Part shown: positions 22,150 through 32,177 of the stretch, one piece after another
Position numbering within the stretch: the first letter of the stretch is position 1
How the letters are laid out: each line of letters starts with the position of its first letter
Origin: an uncultured Myxococcales bacterium
GTDB taxonomy: Bacteria > Myxococcota > UBA4151
Length of the DNA stretch: 45,161 bases
Direction of reading: 5' to 3'
Assembly: GCA_964013405.1 (NCBI GenBank)
Contig: CAXGWI010000012.1
Location: forward strand, 1 to 45,161
Translations under genes and position numbers: made by a program
The notes under the pieces: generated by a model
The model's input: only the letters and a program-made list of their open reading frames with translations
What the model was told of the DNA's origin: nothing
The model's database searches: none

Positions 22150-23256
22150 ATGGGCCGGTTTACGGGGGTGATCCTACTCGTCGCTTGCCAGCCAGATCCC
22201 TCCCCCGTCCTTCGCCGCGCGGCGCTTCCTGCCCAGTCGGCTACCGGTTTTACCGGTCTGAGCCAGCAGGCCCATGAACTCAGGATGCGCGATGGTTTCT
22301 CAAGCATTGAATTGAGCTTACCAGACAACACCTTGAGTTTCCTTGTGGAGGTGGAGGGGGAGCTTGATGCGGAGTATCTCATCGATCGGCTCGAAGGACC
22401 CCCGGGGGCATTGGTGGTGGAAGCACCCGAGACAGAAGCGGGCCAAGAGAGTGGTCTGGGCGCGGCCGCAGGGCCATTTTTCTCCCCCAATCGAAGCGTT
22501 GCGGCTCGAGGGGGGACCACGCTGTTGGTTCCGAATGACCCGTTTTTGGAGGTGTTTGGTGGCACCTATCAACTGGGCCTGCGGAGTAGTTTGGGGCGGG
22601 ATCACAGCGTTCAAATGCGCCTTTGGGTTCAAACCGGCAGCGCCTACCCGCTCCGCTGTCGTTTGCCGGTGCATATCCACCGACCCCCGCCCTTGGCCGA
22701 TGATGCTGGGGTCGAGCGGCGAGTTCTTGCAGCCTTCGAGGAGATGGAGGCGATTTATAGGGCCGCAGGTATCGACGTGAGTCTGGCTGGATTACACCGG
22801 CAGGAACAACTTCCCACCGAGTTGCCAAGTCCCAGTGTGGATCTCCAGTCCTACCATGCGGCCTTTGCTCGAGGTCAGTCCGGCCTAAACATCTTCGTGG
22901 TGGACGCCCTGGGCGATGAAGACCCTGCCCTGGGGGGCTATGCCTCGGCCATCCCCCTCTCTGCCCGCGCCACCAGTCGGTTTTCTGGGGTGGTGGTGGC
23001 CTTGGGTTTTAGCGACCCGGCTCGGGAGGAGGACTTGCTTGCCTACACCATGGCCCACGAGAGCGCCCACGGATTGGGGCTTTTTCACGTCCAAGAGTTC
23101 GCTGGCTGGGAGGATCCACTGGCCGATACGACGCCTGGGGAGGGGGAGAATCTGATGGGGGTATTGGCCCGGCATCAAGATCGGAACTTAAGCCCAAGCC
23201 AGGCCCTGGTGATGCGCAGTCATCCCCTTTGTCGGAGTTCGGGCTTGGACGACTAG
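22150..23256 (+). CDS. Lipoprotein with metzincin (pappalysin/M43-like) zinc-protease domain
   Basis: MGRFTGVILLVAC lipobox, HESAHGLGLFH (HExxHxxGxxH), NLM Met-turn; alternative start at 22135. Confidence 0.78.
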   Translation: MGRFTGVILLVACQPDPSPVLRRAALPAQSATGFTGLSQQAHELRMRDGFSSIELSLPDNTLSFLVEVEGELDAEYLIDRLEGPPGALVVEAPETEAGQESGLGAAAGPFFSPNRSVAARGGTTLLVPNDPFLEVFGGTYQLGLRSSLGRDHSVQMRLWVQTGSAYPLRCRLPVHIHRPPPLADDAGVERRVLAAFEEMEAIYRAAGIDVSLAGLHRQEQLPTELPSPSVDLQSYHAAFARGQSGLNIFVVDALGDEDPALGGYASAIPLSARATSRFSGVVVALGFSDPAREEDLLAYTMAHESAHGLGLFHVQEFAGWEDPLADTTPGEGENLMGVLARHQDRNLSPSQALVMRSHPLCRSSGLDD

Positions 23257-23301
23257 CCTCGACGCAAGGGACGCGGTAGCCGAAGGGTGAGAGGGGCCGG
23301 G

Positions 23302-24708
23302 GTGCGACGAAGTCTAATCATCTTCGGGTTGGTCTTTGTTGGCTGGATGGCCGTGGGCGCCGAGGACGAACATCCCAGCCTTGAGTTGATCTACTCCGGT
23401 GATCGGAGCGGCAAGGTTCAACCCTGCGGGTGCCCGAAAAACCCGATGGGGCACATCGGTCGCCAAGCTGCAGCCATCACAGCCCATCGAGCCAGCGGGA
23501 CGCCCGGTCTCTATTTCGACTTGGGGAACACCTTCTATGAATCCTTAGAGGTCCCAACTGTCCTGCGGCAGCAGTGGGGGCGCAGGGCTGCGATTATCGC
23601 CCGGTCGATGGCCCGGATGAAGCTGGACTTTTTTGTACCGGGGCCCACGGACTTTGCGGCCGGATTGCCGGGATTCTACCGTTTGATGGAGGAGGCGAAG
23701 ACCCCGGTTCTCGCCGCGGATCTCGTGACCGAATCGGGGCGGCAGATGTTTCCTGGCGTGCTGCGCTTTCAAAGAGGGGATACCACCGTAAGGGTCGTGG
23801 GGATTGCCGGCTTTCGTCCCGCTGTTGACGGGGTCTCGAACCGGGAGCCGGTCGCGGCGGTTCAGAAGGCCCTCGCCGGGGCGGAACCTGCAGATATAAC
23901 CCTTGTGGCGAGTCATTTGGATAAGAAGAGAGCAAAGGCCTTGGCCAAGGCCATCCCCGGGATCGATGCTATTTTGATCGCAGATCAAAAGCTGCATTTG
24001 ATCCCCGACACCAAGGCTGGGCCGGTGGTTGTCGGAAGTTCGAAGGAGGGAAAGCATCTCGGCATCCTGTCGTTTTATAAGCGGGGCGATGGTCCTTACG
24101 TCGGCGGTATGCGCCTGAGGCGCTTGAAAGGGCTTGCTGCCGAGGATGAAGGGGCTGCGACCGAACTCGAGGCGCTCATGGCGGGCAACACCTTCACATA
24201 CAAGATTCACGGCCTGGGTGAGGAACAGCCCATGGATGGGGTCGTCGCTGCTTGGGTGAAGTCCTATGTTCACTTTGTTGGCAAGTGGGAGGCTGAGCAG
24301 GGGGAGGCGCCGCCGGGCTATTCAGGCGATGGCGACTTTGTGGGCTCGGAGCGCTGTGGACTGTGCCACCCCGATGCTTTGGCCCAATGGAAGACGACGA
24401 AGCACAGTCATGCCTACGACAGTCTCGTGCATTTTGGGCAGCAACTCGATCGGGAGTGCATCGGCTGCCATACGGCCGGATGGCGTCATCCTGGGGGATT
24501 TTCTGACCCCCGGGCCGTGGGCATGCTCAAACATGTTCAGTGTGAGAGTTGCCACGGTCCTGGGAAGCATCACGCCCAATCAGGCAACAAGGCGATGATC
24601 ATCCGTGGCAAGGCCGAGGCTGCCTTTTGTGAGCGTTGCCACCAGCCAGATCTAGAGACAGGGTTCACCGAAGCGAGCCACATGCCCCAAGTGAAGCACT
24701 GGGATTAG
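23302..24708 (+). CDS. UshA-like (degenerate 5'-nucleotidase fold) domain fused to a tetraheme c554-like cytochrome domain
   Basis: Signal peptide; YSGDRSGKVQPCGCP, DLGN, GPTDF; four CxxCH motifs (CGLCH, CIGCH, CESCH, CERCH); alternative start at 23287. Confidence 0.82.
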   Translation: MRRSLIIFGLVFVGWMAVGAEDEHPSLELIYSGDRSGKVQPCGCPKNPMGHIGRQAAAITAHRASGTPGLYFDLGNTFYESLEVPTVLRQQWGRRAAIIARSMARMKLDFFVPGPTDFAAGLPGFYRLMEEAKTPVLAADLVTESGRQMFPGVLRFQRGDTTVRVVGIAGFRPAVDGVSNREPVAAVQKALAGAEPADITLVASHLDKKRAKALAKAIPGIDAILIADQKLHLIPDTKAGPVVVGSSKEGKHLGILSFYKRGDGPYVGGMRLRRLKGLAAEDEGAATELEALMAGNTFTYKIHGLGEEQPMDGVVAAWVKSYVHFVGKWEAEQGEAPPGYSGDGDFVGSERCGLCHPDALAQWKTTKHSHAYDSLVHFGQQLDRECIGCHTAGWRHPGGFSDPRAVGMLKHVQCESCHGPGKHHAQSGNKAMIIRGKAEAAFCERCHQPDLETGFTEASHMPQVKHWD

Positions 24709-24712
24709 GCCG

Positions 24713-24946
24713 CTAGTCGGATTCGAGGACTTCGAGGGCCTCTTCGAGTCGGCCGAGAAAGCGATCCTTCTTTCCCGCCGCAATCCAGATGCCATCGACC
24801 CGTCCCAGGATACCCCCCATGTCGCAGGTGTCACAACGATCCAAACAATCGTGCACATTGACTTGATGCCCCTGACCCCGGAGCAGTTCAGGCAGGTCCT
24901 TCGCTTTTGCCATGAGGATGCCGGTCTTACAGAGATCGATAATCAT
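24713..24946 (-). CDS. Small Cys-rich protein, DUF1450/YuzB-like
   Basis: 77 aa; IDLC near the N-terminus and CLDRCDTC...VDG match the family's C..CxxxCxxC..V(N/D)G pattern; GGGAG RBS. Confidence 0.6.
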   Translation of the reverse strand: MIIDLCKTGILMAKAKDLPELLRGQGHQVNVHDCLDRCDTCDMGGILGRVDGIWIAAGKKDRFLGRLEEALEVLESD

Positions 24947-25022
24947 GGGGTCTCCCAGTGTTTTTCATAGGCAAAAATAAGCCCCCTTCACAATGGTCGC
25001 TTCCCGGGGTGGAATAGGGTCG

Positions 25023-25550
25023 ATGAAACCGGTTGTCCTCCTGAGTCTTTGTCTGACAGCCTGCGCCACCGGCGCACCTTTTCGCGCACTCGAAGCCGAG
25101 GCTCACCTGCCGCGCCGCACGGTCTCCTTCCACCCTTTGGGCAGCGACGAGCCTTTGGCCCGCAGCGCTGGTCAATGGGCTCTCTATCGGGAGCGGGTTG
25201 GTCTCCAGACCCGCTTTGTGACCTTAACGCTCCAGGCGGAGGCTGAGGGCTGGTCCGTCCGTTTGCGCCGTGACAGCCCCAAGGGCCATGAGGAGCGATC
25301 CATCGATCTTCTGCTCACGGCGCCTGTTCTAGAGGATCCCTTTCTAAGGGCCCTCAAGCGAGCCAGTCAGTTCCAAGCAGGCGGGCCCCAACGTGTGGTG
25401 ACCAAAGCCGGCGTCTTTGAGCAGGCTCGAGACCGGGGGGGGCTTCGATTCCATCCCCGGGTGCCCGTCTTTGGGTTGGTTCAAGGCGGCCGAGGCCTCT
25501 ACAGGATCGAGTTGATATCCTTTGGGCTTCATCCGGCGCCGAAGCCCTAA
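25023..25550 (+). CDS. Hypothetical lipoprotein
   Basis: MKPVVLLSLCLTAC lipobox; beta-strand-rich mature region. Confidence 0.65.
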   Translation: MKPVVLLSLCLTACATGAPFRALEAEAHLPRRTVSFHPLGSDEPLARSAGQWALYRERVGLQTRFVTLTLQAEAEGWSVRLRRDSPKGHEERSIDLLLTAPVLEDPFLRALKRASQFQAGGPQRVVTKAGVFEQARDRGGLRFHPRVPVFGLVQGGRGLYRIELISFGLHPAPKP

Positions 25551-25575
25551 TCTCGAGAGCGGTCTTGGTTGGGGT

Positions 25576-25917
25576 TTAGTTGCCGCCGTCGACGCCCTGG
25601 GCGACACCCGTATCCGGTCGATTGGGTCCACAGAGGTTCGGCCCGGCTTCGCAAAGGTAGTCGGAACTGCGAAGTTGGCAGCGACCTTCAACGCAGTGTT
25701 CACCGGGGCCGCAATTGCTCCCCAGTCCACCGTCAGGCACGACGTTTTGATCATCATTGAGAATGGGCCCACACTCTCGCTCTGCGCACACGCCCCCCAG
25801 GCCGCAAACCAAGCCGACGGGACAGTCAGCTGAAACCTGACAAGTGGTTTGAAGACAAGAGCTTCCCATGGTGAGCAGCCCCATGCTCAGGGCGATAAGA
25901 GCACCGAGCGAGCGCAA
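25576..25917 (-). CDS. Small Cys-rich lipoprotein
   Basis: Signal ending GSSC, then 10 more Cys in C-x5-C-x5-C-type repeats (CQVSADCPVGLVC, CGPGEHCVEGRC); starts 2 nt after the upstream stop. Confidence 0.7.
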   Translation of the reverse strand: MRSLGALIALSMGLLTMGSSCLQTTCQVSADCPVGLVCGLGGVCAERECGPILNDDQNVVPDGGLGSNCGPGEHCVEGRCQLRSSDYLCEAGPNLCGPNRPDTGVAQGVDGGN

Positions 25918-25919
25918 GA

Positions 25920-27494
25920 TTACTGGGCCAACTGGAAGTTGGTGACCGTGACTTGAGTGCTCGCGAGGGGGGCCCCCGACGTGTTCCTCAGGATATGATC
26001 ACCATTGACCAACTCGGGGTTGTTGAAGATCAAGAAGAACGTGGTGGGCACACCATGTCGCAGATGGGTACCGCTGGGAAGTTGGACCCGCAATGTGGTG
26101 GTAAAGCCACTGCGACCCGCACCCGCGTCCGGCTCGTTCAGGATGAGATTCTCGTAGACCCTGCGGCCGTTCTCTTCGAAGCCGATTTCTCCCCGCACGG
26201 TGCCGCTTTCCCGGTCACCGTTGAGATCGTAGTCTACGGCCCATTCGGCGACCAAGTTATGAAGGTTTGAACCGCCACCACCATTGCGGGCCCCGACCGG
26301 CTGGTTCAAATGGAGATCGATCCAATCGCCTTCCGAGATATTGGTGTCTTCATCTCGGTCGTGCCAACTCGCCACGGTTTCGACGGTGAGGTCGGCGTTG
26401 AGTGGTCGAGTGAAGATATTGGCGCCGCCGCTATAGGCCGAGGGGCCAGCTGCTAGGGGTGCCGCCGAGACTTCGAGGTTGTACTCCTGACCCTCGCTCA
26501 GGTTGACGGCGGGCCGGAGGGTTAACAAGGTGCCTCCGTGGGACCACTCCGGCTCCTGTAAGACCACCTGACCACCATCGTCTTCCGTGGTGAGCCCCGT
26601 AAAGAGGGTGTCGGGATCGATCGGCTGATCGAAGAGAATCCGAATTGGATCAGTGGCTTCCATGACGGAAACGCCCTGTCGCCTCTGGACCAAGTCTGCG
26701 GCGTTCGACACGAGGACCTGGGCTTGGTTTACGCTCGCCAGGGTCGCGACGATCCCATCGGAGCGCAGGGCCACGATGGGCAGGGAGCCCCGTCGACCCA
26801 GGTCCTGATAGCTTATGCTGAGGCTGCCTCCTGATGTGGTTTCGCTGGCCCCCAAGCTCACCGTGACCGTGCCAAACATGCTCTGAAGGAGGGGCGAGAG
26901 TGCGGTCAGGTTGGGCATGCCGCCGTTGATTCCGGCAACGCCCTGGGAGTCCGTTGTTCCAGTGAGGCGAAGGCTCTTCGTAGGGGCACCATCGATGAGG
27001 TAGCTAAAGCCGAAGTCGATACCCACAGTGACGGCGCCCAGGCCGGCCGCATCGGGACCGAGTACGACCAATTCGCCAGCCGCCTTCGGCAGGAGCCCGA
27101 TTTCGCCAACCCAGGTATGGGCATTGGCTGTGGGAAAATCACCGGCCGCACCCGCAAGGCTAAAGCTGCGTTGGGCCGTGATATAATTGCCGCTGCTGAT
27201 GATGAGCTGGCCGCTGCCACCGGCCGGCAGCGCGCCGGAGCGAAAAATCCCATCAGCGCTTTCAACCGTTTGTGGGGCAGCACCGCCGCTGATGATCGTG
27301 ATCGTGATCCCTGTTAGGTTCTCACCGGTGGCGGCATCATAGACATGGCCGGCAATGGTGCCTTGGGGGTGAACAAGGCCGATCTGGGTGACGGTGCCTT
27401 CGGCATCTCCGGCACCGTCACCATTGAGGTCGGGCGGCTCTTCGCCGCAGGCAAAGGTTGATGTTAGGGCCAGGATCGCCAGAAATCGTCTCAT
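25920..27494 (-). CDS. Surface lipoprotein with carboxypeptidase-regulatory-like and Ig-like (Big_5-like) beta-sandwich domains
   Basis: MRRFLAILALTSTFAC lipobox, GTIAGHVYDAATGENL, DPIRILFDQPIDPDTL, Ca-binding-like DLNGD twice. Confidence 0.72.
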   Translation of the reverse strand: MRRFLAILALTSTFACGEEPPDLNGDGAGDAEGTVTQIGLVHPQGTIAGHVYDAATGENLTGITITIISGGAAPQTVESADGIFRSGALPAGGSGQLIISSGNYITAQRSFSLAGAAGDFPTANAHTWVGEIGLLPKAAGELVVLGPDAAGLGAVTVGIDFGFSYLIDGAPTKSLRLTGTTDSQGVAGINGGMPNLTALSPLLQSMFGTVTVSLGASETTSGGSLSISYQDLGRRGSLPIVALRSDGIVATLASVNQAQVLVSNAADLVQRRQGVSVMEATDPIRILFDQPIDPDTLFTGLTTEDDGGQVVLQEPEWSHGGTLLTLRPAVNLSEGQEYNLEVSAAPLAAGPSAYSGGANIFTRPLNADLTVETVASWHDRDEDTNISEGDWIDLHLNQPVGARNGGGGSNLHNLVAEWAVDYDLNGDRESGTVRGEIGFEENGRRVYENLILNEPDAGAGRSGFTTTLRVQLPSGTHLRHGVPTTFFLIFNNPELVNGDHILRNTSGAPLASTQVTVTNFQLAQ

Positions 27495-27785
27495 GGTCGC
27501 TCTCGAAAAGGTCACATCTCCAGCCTTGGGGCAGCTTTTAGGTCCAGTCAACTTTCTTTCGACCCCAAGGGGCACATAGGTCAACTGACCGAGGGCCGGC
27601 CAAGGCTTCTTCCAGCGTAGCTGTCGTTGCTTGAGGCACAAGTCGGGAGGCGTGTACCGTTTACGGGGTTGAGTCGAGCAAATGATGGAGGAGACAACTC
27701 TTGCGCGGCCAGTCAACTAGTCGATAGTGACCGGCGTCTCGCACAAAGAAGTGCTAGGCTCGAAGCAAATGATCTGGAGAAGCCC

Positions 27786-30700
27786 ATGCGCTTATCTCGT
27801 CTCTTTCTCGCATTTCCTCTAACGTTTGGTCTCGCATGTGCTCAGCAGGTCGGCGATATTGACCGGACCTACCCGAACAAGATTCATAAAAGCATGTTCG
27901 ATGGTGTCTGGTATTTCCGGGGCACCGTCGCTGAGGTCAATGGTGACTCCCCTTCTTCTTTCGAAGGGATTGCCACTGAACTGTATAAGATTCGCTGGGA
28001 GGTGACAGAAACCGAACTCCGCGGCTGGCGTGTCAACGAAACCGCCCTGGGGGTCGACGAGCGCATCGACGACTGCCGCCGAGTCGAGCGGACGGATGCC
28101 GGGGAGATTGAGACCAGCTACGACGATGCTTGCTTGCGAGCTTCTGTTCGGCAGGGCCCCCAACTGGATGCTCGTTACCGCAGTGGCTGGGGACAGATCC
28201 CTGATGCGTACAAGAGTTCCTTGGTGATCAGTTTCCCCATCACCAGTCATTTTGACGTGCAGCGGACCTACAATCCCCAAACCGGTGAGCAAACCAATGT
28301 GATCAGCGAGAACGTCACCGACCGGGATTGGTGGGAGCGAGATTGGGCCCGTATCAGTTGGAAGAGCCCCACCATTCATAGCGAGTCCGGGACGTTTTGG
28401 CAGGGCTCGGATTACGGCGACGATGCCGATTCGGACAATTCAGATCACCGGATTCGCTTTGTGAGTGGGGCGGGGGCTGAAGTTCACAATGGCAAAGCGA
28501 AAGAGGGCGAAAGCGTCGATTACTTCGACTTCGCGGTCCGCAGCATGAAGACGGCTTACATCAACTACGGTGGAGCCATGTACCCGGTCTGCTACTTTAC
28601 CAGTCCGTCGTACTACCCCGTGACCACCTGCGATGCGGCGCCTGTGACCCTTCGCTTCAGCTTTCAGCGCACGGAGCGTGTGCCGGATTACAAGCCCATG
28701 GAGTACGGTGAGCGCAAGATGGGCCGCTTCGGCTTCTTCCGTACGGAGCATTACACTCGCAATCGCCGTCGTGGCGTGACGGAGTCAGGCCGAATCTACC
28801 TGGCCAACATCCATAGCATTTGGGAGCAATATCACGTTCGTTGTGGAGCTGGAGACGAGCAGGACCCGGGTTGTGCCGACGGATCCGGTGGCTTTGCGGA
28901 GGGTGAATTTAAACTTCAGCCTGTAGAAAATGAGGGGGTCACCATCGGCTATGAACGGGTTGAGATCCCTGTGGCTCAACGCACGCCGAAGCCCATCGTT
29001 TATCAGCTGTCGCCTTACTTCCCCCAGCCGCTCCTTGAGGCAGCCTACAACGTCTCCGATTCTTGGAATAATGCCTTCCGGCGGGTGGTCGCGGGTGCCT
29101 GGGGCTTTAACAGCACGGCCGAAGCCATGGATGGCGGCAAGCGCGTGCCGCGCATGTTTGTCATGTGCGAAAACCCGGTGCCGGCCGAGGTTCCAGAGCG
29201 TTACCAAGGCCAGGTCGACAAGGAAACCTACCACCAACTCTGCGGCGGTGAAGGCTTCCGCTATTTGCCCGGTGATGTGCGCTACCACACCATGTACTGG
29301 GTTCACGACCGTAACCCCGGTAGTCCTTTAGGCTACGGCCCCTCCTCGGTGGACCCGGAAACCGGGCAGGTCATGAGTGGAACGGCATGGGTTTACGGCA
29401 GCGGTGTCGATTCCTACGCCCAGATCGCCCTCGACTACGTCAACGCGATGAACGGCGTGATCACGGAAGAGGAGATCCGCAGTGGCGCTTACGTGCGCGA
29501 CATGATGTCCCACTGGCGTGTGCCTCGAGATCCTCGCTCTTCTCTGCCCTCGCACCTCCTCGAGGAGCCGGTCCAAGATCACTTAGAGCGTCCGGCGATG
29601 CAGGAGCCATTGCGGCGGATTCGTGAGATGGTGGCTCGCGGCGAGCCTCGGGAGGCTCTGCCCCCCGCTCGACCGAGCATGCACCGTAAGTTCCGTCAGT
29701 TGATGGACGAAACCGGAATGGTGGATGATCTCATCAATGATGAAATTCTCACCAGCGTGGCGGGGGCGGATTGGAAACCCGGCCAGGAGCCAACAGACGA
29801 TATGCGGGCCCGGGCGCTGAACCTGCTTTCTGGTGATGTGGATGCCTTCCTGGAGCGTGATCACCTGAATCGGGTGGCTGCAGCCAACAATCTGTGGACC
29901 CAGGACAACTTCGAAGACCTCTCCCTCATCGGCATCGCCAAAGAGATGAGCGACAAATATGGCGCCGAAAACCTAGAGAGTAACGATGTCCAGGAGTCGA
30001 TCTACCAAGAACTGCGCGCACGGATTTTCCAGGCGGTGATGGAGCACGAGGTGGGTCACACCATCGGTCTTCGCCATAACTTTGCCGGCTCTTACGATGC
30101 CATGAATTACCACAACCACTTTTGGGATCACCGCGCGGACAAAATGTCCGAGAATTGGGCCCAGTTCTATAGCAGTGACAGTCTCACTGTCGGGGATTTG
30201 ATGGCCCTCAACCAGCCCGGCGCCGAAGCGCTAGAGAACAAGATCACCGAGTACCAGTACTCCACGGTGATGGACTATGGTGGCGGCTTCAACTCGGACA
30301 TCCATGGGACAGGCAAGTATGACGAAGCGGCCCTTCTCATGGGCTATGCGGGCAAGGTTGAGGTCTTCAAGGATCTCTCCGTTGCCGCCCGCGGCGTTCT
30401 GCTCGGCAGTGGCGAGACAGCCTTCCCAGGGAGTTGGAAGCGCCTCGGTTTGGACTGTCTACCCAATTTTGAGGACCGGATTACGCCGGGCATGCCGGCC
30501 ATGACGGAACAACTTCACTACACTCGACTGCCCATCATCTTCGGCACGGGCGGGACGCCGGCGAACACGGCTGGAGTTCGAGACCGGGTGAATTCTGGTA
30601 TTGCTAACTTTGGTCCCGCGAACCGAGAGCTTCATGATTATGATGCATTGGACCCGCTGCTCCTCGCCGAGAGTCAAATGCGTCGGGAAGAAGGGGTCTG

Positions 30701-32165
30701 TGACGGCAACCCTGCGGCAGACCTCAATCCAGATCGCAAGGTGATGGTTCCCTACATGTTCTGCTCTGATGAGTGGCGTGGGGCGACCGCTTCCTGTGAC
30801 GTGTGGGATCAAGGATCAGATCCGGCCAGCATCTCGACGTACTATCAGCAGAACTTCGACAACTACTATTGGTTCAACAACTACAAGCGGGACCGTTGGA
30901 ATTGGTCCACGAGTGCTCCGTACCAGCGCCACATGAGTCGGTTTTACCCCAATCTGCTCAACAATTATCAGCGTTGGCTCTTTGCGAACTGGGGCTGGGG
31001 TCAGGACCAAGTGCTTGGCTTTACCTGGCAGTATGCGGTGCTCGATGGCTTGAATCTGGTGGGCAACGTGTTTAGCCGGCCTGCTTATGGCAGTTACGCC
31101 ATTCGTCCGGACAACGGTCGGGTGGCTCACGTTTCCTACGAAGAGGAAGCACTGGGGAGCACCATTGGTCAGGTGGCGAACACGCCGGTGGATGTGGCCT
31201 TCCACATTCCTCGTGGCCCAGGGCGCCGCCCCTACTCGGTCTTCGACTATGACGAAGGTTACTACTACTTCCAAAAACCCCTTGAGGCGGGACACTTCTG
31301 GGACTTCATCGGTGCGATCCAGGCCATGAGCCAGTCCAGCGCTTTCGCCCTTGGCTTTGAGTCGAATGCTGACGTGAGTCGCTTCTACTTACCCTACTAC
31401 ACCGTTTTCGGTGAGCCGATTAAGAAGCTCTATACGGGCATGATTACCGACAAGCGCGACGACTTCGCCCCCCGTGTGTTCAGCAGTGATCAGCACGATG
31501 AATCCGGCTGCACTGCGGAGGCTGCGAAGTTTGGCGGGGTTTCCGCCGTCGGTGACGAGGGGGTCTGCTACATCGTCGTTCAGCGCCCCCTCTCCGACTG
31601 GCGAGGTGTGATGGACGAAAACGGCGCTCCCTTCGGTGGGCAATGGGCCGACGGCAAGACGCTGCCCATCCACAACAACTACACCAATCGTTTCTACGCG
31701 GCCCTTTACGGTATGGCCTACTTCAACTCTGAGTTTGACCAGAACTTCGCAGAGGCCGGTCATGTGTGGCGTGTCGCTCCGGCTGAAGAGATCGAAATCG
31801 ATGAGGGGCTTTTTGAAGTCCACACCTTCACGGATCCCCGTCATGGCTTCCGTTATGCCACGGCCATGAGTCGAGACGAGGGCACGGAAGCCACCATCGG
31901 CAAGCACTTCATCGATGAGGGTAAAGAAGCTGAGGAGCGCTGGCGCACCGCTGTCAGTGATGCGGAAGCGGCCCAGTTGGCCTTGGACGCCATCGAGGGC
32001 GATTACGACTGTGATGCCGATGGCGCACCGCAGGCCTGCGAGGACCTTGAAGAGGCCCAAGACGAGAAAAGAGCTGCGGAACGCACCCTGGATAATGTGG
32101 TCGCATGGGCAAATCGCTTGCGCAGTCTCTATTCCACCTTTAGCCAAGCGCTGCGCTTTCAGTAG
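27786..32165 (+). CDS. Large (~1460 aa) zinc-dependent metalloprotease lipoprotein (Met-zincin/EcxA-like)
   Basis: MRLSRLFLAFPLTFGLAC lipobox behind GGAG, PLGYGPSSVDPETGQ, HEVGHTIGLRHNFAGS (30045 onward), STVMDY Met-turn, YMFCSD, C-terminal helical hairpin. Confidence 0.87.
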   Translation: MRLSRLFLAFPLTFGLACAQQVGDIDRTYPNKIHKSMFDGVWYFRGTVAEVNGDSPSSFEGIATELYKIRWEVTETELRGWRVNETALGVDERIDDCRRVERTDAGEIETSYDDACLRASVRQGPQLDARYRSGWGQIPDAYKSSLVISFPITSHFDVQRTYNPQTGEQTNVISENVTDRDWWERDWARISWKSPTIHSESGTFWQGSDYGDDADSDNSDHRIRFVSGAGAEVHNGKAKEGESVDYFDFAVRSMKTAYINYGGAMYPVCYFTSPSYYPVTTCDAAPVTLRFSFQRTERVPDYKPMEYGERKMGRFGFFRTEHYTRNRRRGVTESGRIYLANIHSIWEQYHVRCGAGDEQDPGCADGSGGFAEGEFKLQPVENEGVTIGYERVEIPVAQRTPKPIVYQLSPYFPQPLLEAAYNVSDSWNNAFRRVVAGAWGFNSTAEAMDGGKRVPRMFVMCENPVPAEVPERYQGQVDKETYHQLCGGEGFRYLPGDVRYHTMYWVHDRNPGSPLGYGPSSVDPETGQVMSGTAWVYGSGVDSYAQIALDYVNAMNGVITEEEIRSGAYVRDMMSHWRVPRDPRSSLPSHLLEEPVQDHLERPAMQEPLRRIREMVARGEPREALPPARPSMHRKFRQLMDETGMVDDLINDEILTSVAGADWKPGQEPTDDMRARALNLLSGDVDAFLERDHLNRVAAANNLWTQDNFEDLSLIGIAKEMSDKYGAENLESNDVQESIYQELRARIFQAVMEHEVGHTIGLRHNFAGSYDAMNYHNHFWDHRADKMSENWAQFYSSDSLTVGDLMALNQPGAEALENKITEYQYSTVMDYGGGFNSDIHGTGKYDEAALLMGYAGKVEVFKDLSVAARGVLLGSGETAFPGSWKRLGLDCLPNFEDRITPGMPAMTEQLHYTRLPIIFGTGGTPANTAGVRDRVNSGIANFGPANRELHDYDALDPLLLAESQMRREEGVCDGNPAADLNPDRKVMVPYMFCSDEWRGATASCDVWDQGSDPASISTYYQQNFDNYYWFNNYKRDRWNWSTSAPYQRHMSRFYPNLLNNYQRWLFANWGWGQDQVLGFTWQYAVLDGLNLVGNVFSRPAYGSYAIRPDNGRVAHVSYEEEALGSTIGQVANTPVDVAFHIPRGPGRRPYSVFDYDEGYYYFQKPLEAGHFWDFIGAIQAMSQSSAFALGFESNADVSRFYLPYYTVFGEPIKKLYTGMITDKRDDFAPRVFSSDQHDESGCTAEAAKFGGVSAVGDEGVCYIVVQRPLSDWRGVMDENGAPFGGQWADGKTLPIHNNYTNRFYAALYGMAYFNSEFDQNFAEAGHVWRVAPAEEIEIDEGLFEVHTFTDPRHGFRYATAMSRDEGTEATIGKHFIDEGKEAEERWRTAVSDAEAAQLALDAIEGDYDCDADGAPQACEDLEEAQDEKRAAERTLDNVVAWANRLRSLYSTFSQALRFQ

Positions 32166-32177
32166 GAGGGTCGAGCT

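Noticed and set aside
23425..23433. Selenocysteine recoding in the UshA-like protein
   Set aside because: Both codons are TGC; there is no in-frame TGA
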